Source: Balamuthia mandrillaris (lineage: Eukaryota). Taken from it: a DNA stretch of 64,000 nucleotides. The position numbers were made by a program, and so were the translations under genes. Under the pieces are notes generated by a model that worked only from the letters and a program-made list of their open reading frames with translations, did no database searches and was not told the DNA's origin. Below are positions 1-13,532 of this stretch, one piece after another. The stretch is from the NCBI GenBank assembly GCA_031835245.2, contig JAVKOQ020000001.1:248001-312000 (forward strand), given 5' to 3'. The first letter of the stretch is position 1, and the number at the start of each line of letters is the position of its first letter.

Positions 1-1405
1 AAGCGCGGATGAATTCTCCACCACCGTCACAACGAAGTCGCGATGCCTTGAACAAGGGAAGGAAGGCGGAGAGAAAAGTCCTAAATGCAAGCACTTTTTA
101 TTCTAGATTCAGTGACTGAAGTTTATGATTGGGGTGGGTGGAGTTCTTGCGGTTGACGGTGATAAACTCTTTTTGCAGTTGTGGTGGTCTCTTTTTTTAT
201 TTATTTTTTTTGAAGAGCATAGCCACCCAATAAGATGTGGTGATGCTATCTATTTCAGTGGTGATTTAATTCTTTGGGAAAGAACCAACGACCATCGTCT
301 TCTGGGGAAGGTTAGGGTTCCAGAACCACAAAAGGGGTTTGATTTCTTCTTGGCGTTTGCCTTCTTGAATTGGATGGTCTGATTAGCACGCTATTCCAAC
401 TCTCCAATGGGCTCCTCGATGCATTGCTGCCCCTCCTTGACAGTGAGTGATGCTGCTCCTACTTGACGAGCCGCCGGCCCTCCATGACCTGGTGTTGCCC
501 TTCTCCCTGCGGCTTCTCAACGACGAGATGCTGCCCCTCCTCCTCGATGGGACATTGGGCATCCGCAATGCTCAAAAAAGAAGCAAAGAAAAGGCAAGAG
601 CGAGGAAGAGAAGAAAGGAACTGCCAGAAAAAGAGCGGTACCGTAAAGCTGGTGGACATTTGGCCTTAGATGGTGGCGATGTCGTTCTTTTGGGACCAGG
701 CAAGCTCCACTGCTTTAGCAAGAGCCTTTGTCTCAAACAGCAATTGATACAAAGAAACCAGAAGCAAAAAGAAAAAAGAAAAAGAGCAACGAAAGAACTA
801 GAAATAAGTGCACAAAAAGAAAAGCGTTAAAGAAAAACGTTGAAGAAAGCTGTTGATAGATTCTTTCGGTACGTCACTCCAATGCGATTCCGGCAGAACG
901 TTCCTCAGGACCGTCTGTTCTCTTTCCCTCATATTTAACACGTTCTCAACTGCTGTAAGTCTGCCACGATGCTAGCTTTGCACATCATCAGTCAGAAGCA
1001 TGGATCTACGTAGTATCATACAGTTTTCGCAACAATATACCACGATTTTTTTCTCTTCGGATTAAGGAGCGCTTGTGCCTGTGTGAATGAAAAAAAAGAA
1101 AAGCGCGGGAGAAGAAGCGTGGAAAGTGAGCATGGAAGGTGGTGCCGACGTTGATGGTAACAGTGGTGGCGATTGGTGGTCATTTTCCTCTTTGTCTAAG
1201 ATTTGCCACAGCCATTCCTCTTGAGTCCAGGGAACTTCCCAACCCCCTTGCTTTCATCTGTGTTTTCACAATATATATGCGATAAACAAACTAACGCAAG
1301 TGAAGAGAAGAGTACCCGTATTTTAATGGCGAGGCAGAAGAGGGTGGATTGGCCATCGAACTCGGCGAGCTTCAGGGGAGTATCTGCCCCCAACTAAAAG
1401 CCCAA

Positions 1406-1445
<40 letters not shown>

Positions 1446-1734
1446 AAGAACAAATGAGAGAATCAAGCAGGCGATGGGGGCACAACCTCTCCCTTTCCTC
1501 TCTTTTGTTTTTTTTTTTTCAACAAAGACAAAAAAAAGCGCCGCCAAAAGACAAAAAAGGACCCCTTCGAATCTCCGCCATGGCGAACCTCCCGCCAGAG
1601 GAGGAGCAAATCGATCGCCAAGGGAGAAGCAAAGGGGGACGCGTAACCAACTCGGTCAAACTCGCTGCGCAGCACAGAGAGAAGAGAAGGAGCCTTCCAT
1701 TCTCTCCTCAGCGGGAAGAGGGGAAGGACAAAAA

Positions 1735-2530
1735 ATGGCAGGAGCGGGAGCCCCCTTCCCCTCCGACACGACGCTGCTCACCCGGTGCTCGAGGCAGGGC
1801 TGCGCCGACCGTGACGAGGAGGAGGTGACCATGGACGAACGGCCCAACAGGCTGGTCTTTGCTGTGACGGGCGTGTTGGGCCAGTTCGAGGTGCTTGGGC
1901 CGACCAACAAACACGACCGACGGCTCTTTCGGCAGGGGCAACGAGAGGCCACCGCGCGCGTCTCGGCCTTTCCTTGCGTGGAGGACGACGAGCAGGCACA
2001 AGAACGGGCTGTGGACGAGACAACGGCCCTTTTGGCGCCGACTGGCGCGGAGGAAGAGGTGCTGCAGCTGCGGACGCTCAGCTTCAAGAAAAATGTGTTC
2101 AGCCATCGCGCTGTGGAGCTTACCCAGTACTTGGCTTACCTCTGCTTCTTCATTTGTGGGGTACCTTTTGTTTCTTGCTGCTCTTTTGTTTTGTTGGTGT
2201 TGTGGCTTTGCTGCCACTCCATCTTCATCTCCTTTCTCCTTCTGACTCAAAGCTTCTTTTTTCGTCGTGAGTAGGTGGGCTATCAGATCCAGTTTTCTTC
2301 TATAACATCGGCAGTGGTTTACTTTAAAGCTCTCTACGGCTCTTCCATTCTTCGTATATTTATTGGAGGTATGCCCAGGTTTTCGTTCCCAAAGAGTTTA
2401 TTCTTTTGACTCACTCCTTTTATCTTATGATGGCGACTGTTTCAGCCTTCAACGCTCCGCTGTTACCTATTCTTGTGGGACAAATATACTTCGACCACAA
2501 GATCGACCAACGGTTTGGTTCGTTGGTGAG

Positions 2531-2585
<55 letters not shown>

Positions 2586-4287
2586 CATGTGCCATTCTCA
2601 CTATTCGCATAAACATGCAACAATGATCTCAGAATACGTTTAGAATACGGTTATTGATAACATTAGTTATTTGTACTGCCATACTATTTGCCATTCCGTG
2701 GGCGGCCACGCCCCTCGGTCTTGTTGTCAGGTACCCTCATGCCTCCTCTCCTTCTTTCTCTTCTCGTTTATAATCTCCTTCTTCCTTCTCTTCGTCATCT
2801 CCTTGTTGTTCTTTTTGTCTGTCCGAATAACCTGCTATGCAGCCTTGTAGCAGTGATGGGTCTATTCAATGGCATTGCGAATGGAGCATATTTTGCTCTT
2901 GTTTCTGTATTTCCAACTAAGACTCCTGTACCTCTCCTCTCTTTCTTTATGCTGTATCCTTCACTTGGCTGACAACACGCGCCCTCACATAATAGATTTT
3001 CTGGTCATTAGGCCAGCGAACGTGTACCGTCCTTATTTTAGGAACGCAGTTGTTTATCGTGGACCCTTCTAGCACCGATCAGAAGGACAACGACATCTTT
3101 TTCATCATTTGTGCCTCTGTTTCCGCAGTTGGCATTCTCTCTTTCCTCATTCTTATTCACCTCACAGCCACTCGTTTTCTCCTAACGGCACGAGATCGGT
3201 GCGTCGTGTTCCCTTTCTTTGTTTTTTTCTTGTTCTTGCTCTCTCTCTCTCTCGCTCTCGCTCGCTCTCTTCACACACACAATTGTAATACATACTGCTT
3301 ATCTTGACTTAATAGTCGAACGTTGCTCTGCAAGCGACGACAAGCACTGCAACACAAATCAGCCAAGATGATTCAACAATCAGCCAACGTACAATGCGTC
3401 AATTCAGATGGAGCAAAGGACGCGGAGTCGCAGTCACCATTCTCCTCCCTCAAGCTCTCAGAAAAGGTGACCACCGTCAGCCTGTTGCGATCTGTTTGGC
3501 TGACAGTCTTGTCTGGCATGCTTATCCTCTTTAGCGACGTTGGTGTGATTACCGCTCTTACGTACATGCCTTCATCTATGGGTTAGTACTTGTTCCTTTT
3601 TCTATATTTGTAATTCTTTCTTGCTCTTCCTTTCTCTTGTCGTTCTCCTTTACCTCTTTTTAGCCTTATCTACTTGTTCTTTTTTCTAAAATAATTTGCT
3701 CGCTTTCTTTTTTACTTTGTAGGAAAGAAAGACATAGCGTTGATATTACTATACATCAACTACTTTGGTGACTTTATTGGCCGGCAAGCAACCCTCATTC
3801 CCAAGCGCATCGTGTGGAACCAAATCTCGTTGTTGGTGGCATCTTGTATACGCGTCTTGTTTGTGCCGTGGTCCGTCTTTTACATCATGACCGATTACTT
3901 TGTCAATGATTGGTTCTTGTTTGTGATGATGGCTCTCTATGCCATCATGGGTGGTTACATTAGGTTTGTTTTCTCCTCGCTTATCTTTCTCTCGTTCTCT
4001 CATCGTTCTATGCTTTCTCGTCTCGTCTCTCTCTCTCTCTCTCTTTCGTTGCCTCTTGCATTGTTTCTCCTTTTAAAGGTTAATCTTTTGGGTCACTCTC
4101 TCTCTGTTTTCTTACAAACAAAAACAAACAAAACAAAAACCAAAAAAGAACGTTGGTGTTCATCATTGGTCCACAAGTGGTATCTCTGGATAGACGGCCA
4201 CAGGTCAGTCTGTGGCTAAACGTTGGCGTGGCGGCAGGAACATACCTCGGCATTGCTTATTCTTTCCTTGGCGGTTTGTTCCTGTAG
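1735..4287 (+). CDS. Equilibrative nucleoside transporter (ENT/SLC29 family), multi-exon
   Basis: Hydrophobic exons YLAYLCFFICG|VGYQIQFSSITSAVVYF, AFNAPLLPILV, GLFNGIANGAYFALVSVFP, YINYFGDFIGRQ and RVLFVPW follow the ENT TM pattern. Stop TAG at 4285-4287; start codon uncertain. Confidence 0.85.
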
Positions 4288-4358
4288 TTGTTTCCATTTC
4301 TCAACTACGTTTGTGGTTTGTTATTTCAGTTGTTGTTTTTCCCTATTCTGGTTTCCAT

Positions 4359-5363
4359 TCACTCCACCTGTTTATTTGTAGCTAGCATTAGAGTACGCAA
4401 AAGAGAGGAGAAGAGAGAGAGAGAGAGAGAGAGGCAAGACAAAGAATGAAAGAGGAAGGGAAGCTGGTACCGAAGCGAGGAGGGCAGAGGAGGAGGTTCC
4501 AGGCAGGAAGTCATGTTCGTTTCCGATGAGGGCTTTGCTGCAGCACCTGCCTGAAGAGGTGGGCTGCCCAAAATAAGGTGTCGCGTTTGAAGGGAGAGCA
4601 TGATGTTGGGGTCATCCCGTATGAGCCGCGCGATGATCTCAGGGACAGATTGACCGGGCGAGAGCGTCTGCAGGAGCGCTCTGGCCTGGGCCGCAAAGGA
4701 CACGTCTGGCGGTTGCGTCCTGGCCATCTGCGCGAGGGTGTGCCAAGGCAGGTTGGCCACTCTCTCCCGCAGCTGCTGCACCTCCTCCACCTTCTCCATC
4801 TCCAGCCGCCGCGCTCTCTCGATCTCCTCGTCCACTCTTCTGCGCTTGTCCCTGGCGTGCTTGGCTTTGCTGGCGTCCGCGCAGCGCTCGCAGCCCTCTT
4901 CGCAGCCGTGCTCCTCCCTGAGCTCGTGGTCGATCAGCCCCGTCTTTTGCGAGAAGCGACGCGAGCAGCCGTTGGCGTGGCGGCAGAGGTAGTCGGCGTT
5001 GGCCCCTTTGGCCGGTTTGCCTTTGCGCCGACCCTCCCAGCGCTTGCACGCGGCGCAGGAGGAGGGGCAACAGTTTTCGTGGTGGCGCAGCCCTTGCTCG
5101 TGCCGCACCGTGGAGCGGGCGCTGTGGTAGCGCTTGCGTTTGCCCGTCGCGCTTTCCGTGTTGGTGCACCAGTCGTGCGTGCATGAGTGCAGCTGTTGTT
5201 GCGGTCCTCTTTTCTCTTCTGCCTCTGCCTCTTCTTCTCCTTCTTCTTCCGCCTCTTCTTCTCCTCTGCTTAACGCGGGGTGAAGAAGGTCGCCCGTCGC
5301 CCTCCTCGCCCTCCTCCTCGCCTCCGCCGCCTCCCCTTCGACGGCTCTTCTTCTTCTTTCCAT
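4359..5363 (-). CDS. Hypothetical protein with two atypical Cys/His zinc-finger-like repeats and a coiled coil
   Basis: GC-rich 334-codon ORF containing CTHDWC..H..HH..CCPSSCAAC and CRHANGC..F..LIDHE..H.CEEGCERC. A probable short CT-rich intron lies near the 3' end. Confidence 0.65.
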   Translation of the reverse strand: MERRRRAVEGEAAEARRRARRATGDLLHPALSRGEEEAEEEGEEEAEAEEKRGPQQQLHSCTHDWCTNTESATGKRKRYHSARSTVRHEQGLRHHENCCPSSCAACKRWEGRRKGKPAKGANADYLCRHANGCSRRFSQKTGLIDHELREEHGCEEGCERCADASKAKHARDKRRRVDEEIERARRLEMEKVEEVQQLRERVANLPWHTLAQMARTQPPDVSFAAQARALLQTLSPGQSVPEIIARLIRDDPNIMLSLQTRHLILGSPPLQAGAAAKPSSETNMTSCLEPPPLPSSLRYQLPFLFHSLSCLSLSLSLFSSLLRTLMLATNKQVE

Positions 5364-5412
5364 TTTCTTCTTTTCTGTTTTTTTCTTTTCTGTTTTTGTC
5401 GGTCGACATAAA

Positions 5413-5420
5413 TGACGTCA
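5413..5420. promoter_or_regulatory. CRE-type palindrome TGACGTCA in a divergent promoter
   Basis: Perfect TGACGTCA between the divergent starts at 5363 (-) and 5605 (+). Confidence 0.4.
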
Positions 5421-5604
5421 CCGGAAACTTCCCCCTTGTAAAACCCACAGAAAATTCACGTGCAGCAGGTTGAAAAAAGTGAGAAACGCATCAGGAAAAA
5501 AAAAAAACAAACAAACAAACAACGGATAAAGAACAAAGCAAAATCGAAACAGACAAAACAGCGGAGTGGACACTAAGGCTTGCAAAATATACGCACCTAC
5601 ACAG

Positions 5605-6179
5605 ATGACTGCTCCCCCTTCCTCGTTGTTCGGCGTCACCAAAGCCTACGCCATTTCGATGGCGGTGCTTCCTCTGAGCGCCCTGCTTGCCTACCTGCCC
5701 GACGTCTATGGTAATGTGGTTTACCTCACTGAGTGGGTCAACTACGACAGCCTTCAACCCAGGAACAACATGCTCCTTTTGGAAAGCTCGAACGCACCTG
5801 CTCCAGTTAAACAAGCTTATGGGTATGTGCTCTCTTTTCTCTTTCCGTTTGTTCTTCACTCATATCTTTTCCTCTTTCTCCAACACAAAGACGCTGCAAA
5901 GCATGCCACCAAAACAACCTGGAGACCTTCCCTTTCTTTGCTTCAGGCCTTCTGGCCTCCCTCTTCTTAGGCGTGGATAGTAGGACGACCGACATGTTGT
6001 CAGCAGGGTGGTTGGTCTCCCGCCTTGTCTACACTTTGAGTTATATCCAGGGCACCACCACTACCGCTGCCACCGTGCGGAACCTCAGCTGGACGGCCAG
6101 CATGGGTTGCGCTGCTACCCTTATGCTATTGGCCTTGCGCAGCGCGCTGGCCGTGGTGGACAGGCCCTCTCGTTACTAA
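5605..6179 (+). CDS. MAPEG family membrane protein
   Basis: After one intron (~5823-5890) it reads RCKACHQNNLETFPFFA...SRLVYTLSY...VRNLSW, matching the MAPEG motifs HxNxxE and RxxY. Confidence 0.85.
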
Positions 6180-6598
6180 ACATTGCAACTGAACATTCAG
6201 CCAGAGAAAATAAAATATTTAGAGCTTGCCTCTCCTTCTTCTCTCCTCTCTCTTCTCTCCTCTCTCTTCTCTCTCTCTCTCTCTCTCTCTCTATCTCCCT
6301 TTTTCCAAAAGGTCGTTTACAACAGAAAAGAAAAAGAGAAATAGAAGAGGTTCACATACTGATACGCATTCAGTCCGAGAAGTCAAATATTAACGACCAA
6401 ATCGCTTTACCTTTATTGTTTAGAAGTAAAGGAACGAAAAAAATTATTCTGTTTGGTGCCCGAGAAACCAAAGGCTGTGGCAGATAAAAGGCGAAACGTG
6501 AAAAGGTGTGCCAACTGTTTTTGGTAAATTAATTGATAAAACAAAAGTATTTGTTTGGTTGCATTGTTCTTGTTGAGTAGTTAGCGTTGTTGCGTGAA

Positions 6599-9500
6599 AT
6601 GAAACACATCTCTTTGTTACTTGCCGTTCTTTCGTTCTGTATCATAACTGGTCAGTTCACCGTTCAAAATCTCTGTTCTCCGTTTTGTTGCTTTCTGTCC
6701 TTCGTGTAAAAGTCGTTTTGGTCTTCCTTTCTTCTCTTGCTTTTATTCTTGTATGCTAAAACACAAGAGTTTTCGACCTTAAATAGCCCGACCACTCCCC
6801 GATGTTACATCTGTGACAGTTGAGGTGAGTTGCAACGTTTCGCTTCCTCTTCCATGACTAGCACGTGTAACTAACCTCATTGACAGACATTCACAGCTGA
6901 GCTATTGAATATGTCATTTACAGTCACCTCAGCCAGTGTGAACTTCGATGAAGAACTGCATCTGGTATCAGCAAAGCATTTCTGTCCTGACTTTGACTGT
7001 ATGAAGGCCCAAAGTTGGCCTTCAGATGATATTGAATGTCTCTGTAATTATGCCAGCCATGAACGGTGTGGAACCCAGATGTCACCGTCCTGCGAAGAGT
7101 ACTGTGGTTTAGCCCCTTGTGCAGATACTGAAGTATGGGAAGAGCTGGCACTTCCCCATGTTAATGGAACTGGGAGCCGAAAGGCGTCATTTGCTGGCAG
7201 GGTTTCACTAGGCGATAAGAAATACTATCGCTATTTTCATAACTCTTCATGTGCAATCATACGGATCAGTCTTCAGGCTGTTAGTGGAAGACCTTTTCTT
7301 GTGGTTAGCGATCGACCCGATTTCTCTTGTCAAGAGAGATACTCGAGTCCTTACCTCAATAACTTTGAGATATGTCCTCCTCTTCACAGCCTCGGGACAT
7401 GGTACTTTTATGTGGCTGGCAACTTGAAGACAACCGCCTCTTATGTTCTTGAAATTGAAGATTTAGGTGAGTAACTGTTCATTTGTTAAAACTCTTTTTT
7501 CAATTTTTCTCACACTTTCGTGGTTTTAAAAGGTGCACCAGAAGTTCCTCGAAATTGGTCCTGGACCCCAGATACTTTTGCCCACAGCAACTGTTTCTCA
7601 ACAACTTTGGTGCCAACGAAGGAGATTTCGTCCCCGCCTATTGATCAAATGCGAATGATTGCACCTGGATTTCCTGAATCCTATACTTTTAACCTTGACT
7701 TCTACTCCAACTTTTCTTATCACTTTCAATATGTGGTCCCGGAGGAAGATCGAGCCTGTCCGACAATCATATTGTTGAAGGTAGGACCAGTACCGACTTC
7801 TTCTGTTAAAGTGTGGTTGTCAAGAAAACGAAAACACCCTCTTCCAGAGAGAACAACTTTCTTTGAAGATATGCCTGAAGTTGCAGTAGACGCGTTAAGA
7901 AATAGCCCGTTCTGGAAAGTTGATGATAGTTTTCTTTTAATGGATGAATCCTACCAAGAGGTAACCCTTTCCTTCTGCAACGATGATGATAACCTGGGTT
8001 ATATAATCTACGGTTCGCTTTGGGCCAGCCCAGATTCAACAGTTTCTGTTACAGTGGTGATGGACTCTCGCAAAGGTATAAGCACTGTTTGTTATTTGTA
8101 CAGTCATTATGCTAACGATATTTTTTCACAGAGAGGTTCACGACAATCCCTTTTGCTTCATTGGAACCGTACAAACACATGAGGTTGCTGGAAGGTATGG
8201 AAACTTAGAGTAATATCAATATTTAGTAAGCCTTTTTTCTTCCTCCAGGAACGTCATATCTTCACTGTGAAAACTTTGATTTCCACTGTTTCAATTTTCA
8301 CTGGGAATATTTTACAATCGAAGAGTCTGGTTGTCGAGTATGGAACCCCAGGATTCCCTCTGAAAATGACCGATTTTTATTTTGGCCGGTTCCATCACAT
8401 GCATTACAAACAGTTCTGTTTCCAACTGAAAGGCTGCTTAACCGACGAAATGTTGGCCCTCCCATACCAATCCGAAATCAAACCTTTTCATCGATCATCT
8501 TACACAGTTGGACAGCTCCTGTGTCTGCATATCCATACAAGAGCTTGTTTCTTGAACAAGACAAACTTGACCAATGTTCAATTCTTTTCAATATTGGTGG
8601 GTTTAGCAGAGTCGTTGATGTTGCCTTAAAGGTACTGTCCGTTCTATTGTTCTTTTTTTTTTTTGATATTTATTTTAAGCATTTCCTGTAATCCCAAAGC
8701 CAATAACTCGGAGTGCAGTGCCTCTTCTGAATGCATTACTGCCTTCAACAAGGTGTAATGGGCACGAGTTTGCAAAGGTGCACAAGGAAATGCACAACCT
8801 ATTCAAGGAAATGGAATCAGCAACAGATGCTGGTCATTTAAATGACCTACGTTATCAAGTGGAAATGCTTGCTTTAACTGATACCTTTAGGGTATGTCAA
8901 ACATGGGCAGACGGAATGCACTCAACCGAGGTGGTTAACCGAACAAGAGAAATGTTTTGCGGTGTTGATTATCCCCTAGAGAATATTTTACCCAGTGGCA
9001 ACGGAGCCCACTTCAACAATTTTTCTGCCTCTTTGAACAAATTGCAACATGAACCTTGCTGCTATTTAGATGCTAACTGGCAATACTGTTGCCAACCAAA
9101 AACTGTCATTTATCCATATGTAGAACTGGGGATTGTTGATGACGCAGTTATCACAGCGGAATGTAGAACACCGGTACTTCAAAGCTCTCAGTCACATAAA
9201 ACTTCTTTATTAACTGTTACCGTAGGAATGTGCTAGCATCATTGCTGAAGAATATGGTGAACTACGAAACCAAGCGTCAAACGAAGTTACTGGATGTGGA
9301 AATATTCTTGCAAACATCAATGATGTACATAAGCGCTGTTGTGTTCTTTTTAACCATATACTAACTAGTTAAAATAGGAAGCGATTCTTGAAGAAACGGT
9401 TAAGGATACACTTCGGATATGTGACAAGAAAGTTTATGGGGAGGATTATTCCGGGATATATTGCATAGGTGATCATGACTGCCCACAAGATATAAGTTGT

Positions 9501-12500
9501 GGTACCAACCATAAGTGTGCTTTGAATTCAACGCGTGCAGAACGGCATTGGATTGAATGTTTTTTAAGCATTACCGACTCATTTGTGCTACACCACCTGA
9601 AGCAAAAGTTTCAGTTTGATGGAACTGTGGATGATTTCATGAAACTTGACTTCTTTTTCCGTGACGACTGCTGCTCTCCTGTTTCAGCACTTCCATCCAC
9701 AGAACGTTCATTCATTGGTGCCCATAGTTATTGGCAGTATAAAAAAGTTGATGAAAGCTGTGAAGACGATTGTGTGAGTGATCCAGTATGTCTTTCTCCT
9801 GCGTGTGCTGCGGACATTGAATGCTTGATTCCAGGAGAAACGCAATCACCTGGTTGCATAAGGAATTGGATATTTGTGGACTCAACCCCCGATACTTGTC
9901 AATCATTTGGATTTTGCAACAAAGATTCTGGGATTAGAGACCCTGAGAGCTGTAAAGGACCCTTCTGTGGTGTCTGCGACGAGGAAGAGAATGTGTGTAG
10001 CACAATAACCGGCCGCAATTTTATGACGTGCGATAAAACGCCTGTTTGTATTCAGCCCAACGGCCATGTATCTGCTGCACAGGTAACAAGCCTTTCTTTT
10101 ATTAACTCGATTTCAGGCGATGGTTTTAATAGTGTTGAAATAGGATGAGTGTGGTTTGTGTTTACATCCGTGGACGTATGAAGAACTACCACTACTGAAG
10201 GAAGCCTGTCTTGAAAGTGGTGCGCTATTATAATTTTGAGTTCTCTGATTTACTACTAACGACCAAACAAGTCCACTGTAATGACGAACAATGGTTTCCA
10301 CCTGAATATTATGCTACCAATAACGATGATTACTTGCAAACTGAGGGATTTTGTTATTATAACCTTCCTCCTTACTCAAAACTGTCATGTTTTGCATCAC
10401 GATCAAATAGTACCTTTACTACTACAGCTCTCCAATCCAGGGAGTTGGATTATGCGTTCACCAATTTTATCAAAACTCCCCTTGGATGTGTGATACTCGC
10501 GGAGGACAACACTGGTCAAAACACCTGTGGATGGGAATGCTGTGATGACATTGCGGCAGGGGGCTCAAGGTCAGGATATGAACTGGATGACGTAAGATTA
10601 GGAGTGCTGCGCAGAGACGTGTCTGTGATGACCAAACGAGACCCTGCCATACAGAGTTGTGCAAGTTTTTACAATCAGATTCCACAGGTGTGCGAAGAAA
10701 AGAGCAACTCCTTTTTTCTATTTGGATGGCCCACTTCGCTAGGAACTGAACTCCTCGTTCAAACACCGAAAAATGAATATGAATGCACCTGTTCGGGAGG
10801 TGGTTTGAAACCTCTTTTCGAAGATAAACCAGGATTGTGGCGCAATGGATCCGTCAACACCCCTTCCATGACGAACAGTAAATGGGTTTCTTATTATTGG
10901 GGAAGATCTCTTGACTTCACGAAACTAGAGCGTGAAGTCAATGAGGCCACAACATTGTTCCATAGTTTATTGAAACAATCACAGTTGCTTTGTCGCTTCA
11001 GTCGTCTTTCTAGTGCTATGAAAACACTATCATGTGATTGTGCCTCCCCCGAGGATGGGTGTTATATAAAGGACGATCTGGTGCTGCCACTGGCTACAAG
11101 GCGTCTGTGCACAGCAGTCCCACTTTCTGTGGCAGTTTACCCGTTTACCGCATTTTTTCCAGAGAACACTCTGGCTGGGGAGAAAGGCCAGTGTGTGGAC
11201 TTCAAAGTGCTGTTTAGAACGGCTTTTCAATTCCGATCGCTAAAACAAAAAAAACTTTCCGCAACATTCACATACCTAGAACCTGATGATACAAATGAAT
11301 GGGAGGTTGTTTACAATGAGAATGGCGCAGTAATTGGGCAGATTGTTGGAGATGGAATAGAGCTTCAGATGCCTGTAATGTTCCATAATTTCGAGCTTTG
11401 CCTGGCCGTGAAGGGGAAACTGTATGGTAATGCGCCAGCTAAATACAACCTGTTCTCAATAGCCAAAGTTACAGATGACAGATTGGTCCCTTTACAAAAA
11501 GAAACGTTTCTGCGAGATATTGGCCAAAATCGCCATATATGCACTGCGATTACCTTGGAAGAAGGTTCTCATGTACTTTTGCCAATTGTAAGTGTGTCCG
11601 ATTGGCAATCTGAGTCTGGTGACTCTTTGACGAAATCTGAAGTTGGTGTGCTGGGTTTCGTTGGAGTAACATACGTTTTCCTGTTCTTGTTCGCTTTAAT
11701 TACTCTTATCACAAGGCACCTTTTCAATGTTCGCATCAACCTTTCCATCAGAACATTTGTCATCCTTATCGCGGTATTTGCTTTATGTACGTCACACCAT
11801 TTTTGCATACCATCTTGAAACTAACAGGTATCCTTTAGTACGAGGATTTTACTTTTTACTTCTGGCTGGTGAGATAGTTGATGATTTAGGAGTTGTTGAC
11901 TACATTTTAGTTGAGCTCCCCACATTACTTTTTTTTATTGCATTTGCTCTTATCTGTGCCGTTTTCATGTACTTCAGCCCTCCAGTTAGATAAAAACCAT
12001 GTAAATTTTTCTAACAATGCATATCTAAAACAGTTCTATAATTTCAGCGGCTATGTTTGGAAACGTGGAAAAAACTTATATTGTGTATTATGGGTGGTTT
12101 ATTCTTTGTATACTTGCATTGTTCCTATTCATGTTTATAGTTCTTCTGTATGAATTTCTTCCTGAAGAAGATACCGAAAAATGTGGAGGAAGGGACCATG
12201 ACGAACCTCCTAAGTATCAGCCACGGGATTATGTCAACATTTTCTATAAGGCCCTGTACATGACAGCAGCAATCTCAGTTGCGATAGGCTTCTTATTGTT
12301 TGGTGGCAAAATTTATGCTAAAGTGGTAACGCTAAGAAGAAAAACTAAGAGGCAGGGACAACGCAAAGGATTTAGAGTATTTATTGTGACCATCATTGGC
12401 ATCTTTGCATTTTTAGGCCAATCTACTTTTCTGCTGGTCTTAGCTATCACTGAATGGACACATGTAATTGCTGGTAGTTTAATATTAATAATAATCGAAG

Positions 12501-12694
12501 TTATTCCAGCTGCCAGCATGGTGTTCATCCTAGCTCCTATATATCACAGACGCATTCAGCCAAAGATTTCAACTACCTCCTCTACTAGTTCAGCTGATCC
12601 TTCAACCAAAAGCTCTATATCAAAGGCTTCAACTTTTACACAATCATCACATCTCACAATGTCTTTAAGTAGCAGCTCAAGTGCTCAAATGTAA
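6599..12694 (+). CDS. Very large Cys-rich secreted ectodomain plus C-terminal multi-TM (about 7TM, THH1/TOM1/GPR137-like) receptor
   Basis: Signal peptide MKHISLLLAVLSFCIIT, then Cys-rich exons (6905-11818) and TM helices from about 11640 (VGVLGFVGVTYVFLFLFALI; YILVELPTLLFF; IIIEVIP). Ser-rich tail ends at TAA 12694. Confidence 0.7.
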
Positions 12695-13015
12695 AAAAGA
12701 TGTATATTATATTTTTTCATCCTTTTGTGCTTTCTAATTGCTTCACCCAATCATCATTTTTTCACTTTTCATATCTCTTCGCTGAGACTCTATATCACCC
12801 TCTCCATTTTCTTTATAATTCTCTTTTCATATCTCATTCTGAAGAGACAAGGATCGAGTATTAAAGAGAGTAGAGCCAGGATAACGAGAGAGAATCTCTG
12901 ACGTTGCTTCAAAGTGCACCAAGCGAAAGGAAAAGAGAAAGGGAAAAGAATGAAGACTGGGGTCCTTGTGAGGCATTTTGAACAAGAAGTCTTGAGATAG
13001 GTGTTAGTGATTTTA

Positions 13016-13213
13016 CCTCTCCTCTCCTCTCCTCTCCTCTCCTCTCCTCTCCTCTCCTCTCCTCTCCTCTCCTCTCCTCTCCTCTCCTCTCTCCCTCTTC
13101 CTCTCCCTCTCCTCTCCTCTCCTCTCCTCTCCTCTCCTCTCCTCTCCTCTCCTCTCCTCTCCTCTCCTCTCCTCTCCTCTCCTCTCCTCTTCTTTCCTCT
13201 CCTCTCCTCTCCT
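13016..13213. repeat. (CCTCT)n microsatellite
   Basis: Directly visible pentanucleotide tandem repeat. Confidence 0.95.
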
Positions 13214-13532
13214 CTTCTCTTCTCTCATCCCCTTCCCTCCCCTGCCAGAAAGTTCAGTTGTGCAGTAGGGAACAGTATATTGTTAAATTAAAGTTGTCTA
13301 GACAGGACTTAAGAGCTTACAAAACTAAATCTCTTAATAAGGTTGCAGGAGCATTGTACAGACATTGCAGCACTTCTTCACCTCTTCATTCATCTGCATT
13401 TGCTCACTTCCAATTGCAACGTTTTGTGGAAAAGACTGAAAAACAGAGCTAATATTATTGATAAGATTGCAGAACAATATCATACACAAACACCTTAATC
13501 TGAAGGCATCACAGCACGCGCAAATTGACAAA

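Noticed and set aside
1..1400. Coding-like fragments on the minus strand, including TVTINVG resembling a BTB domain start
   Set aside because: Could not assemble a consistent spliced frame or find further BTB motifs.
13001..13291. PLLSS / RGEER repeat ORFs (also 16810-17190 and 51192-51584)
   Set aside because: Translations of microsatellites.
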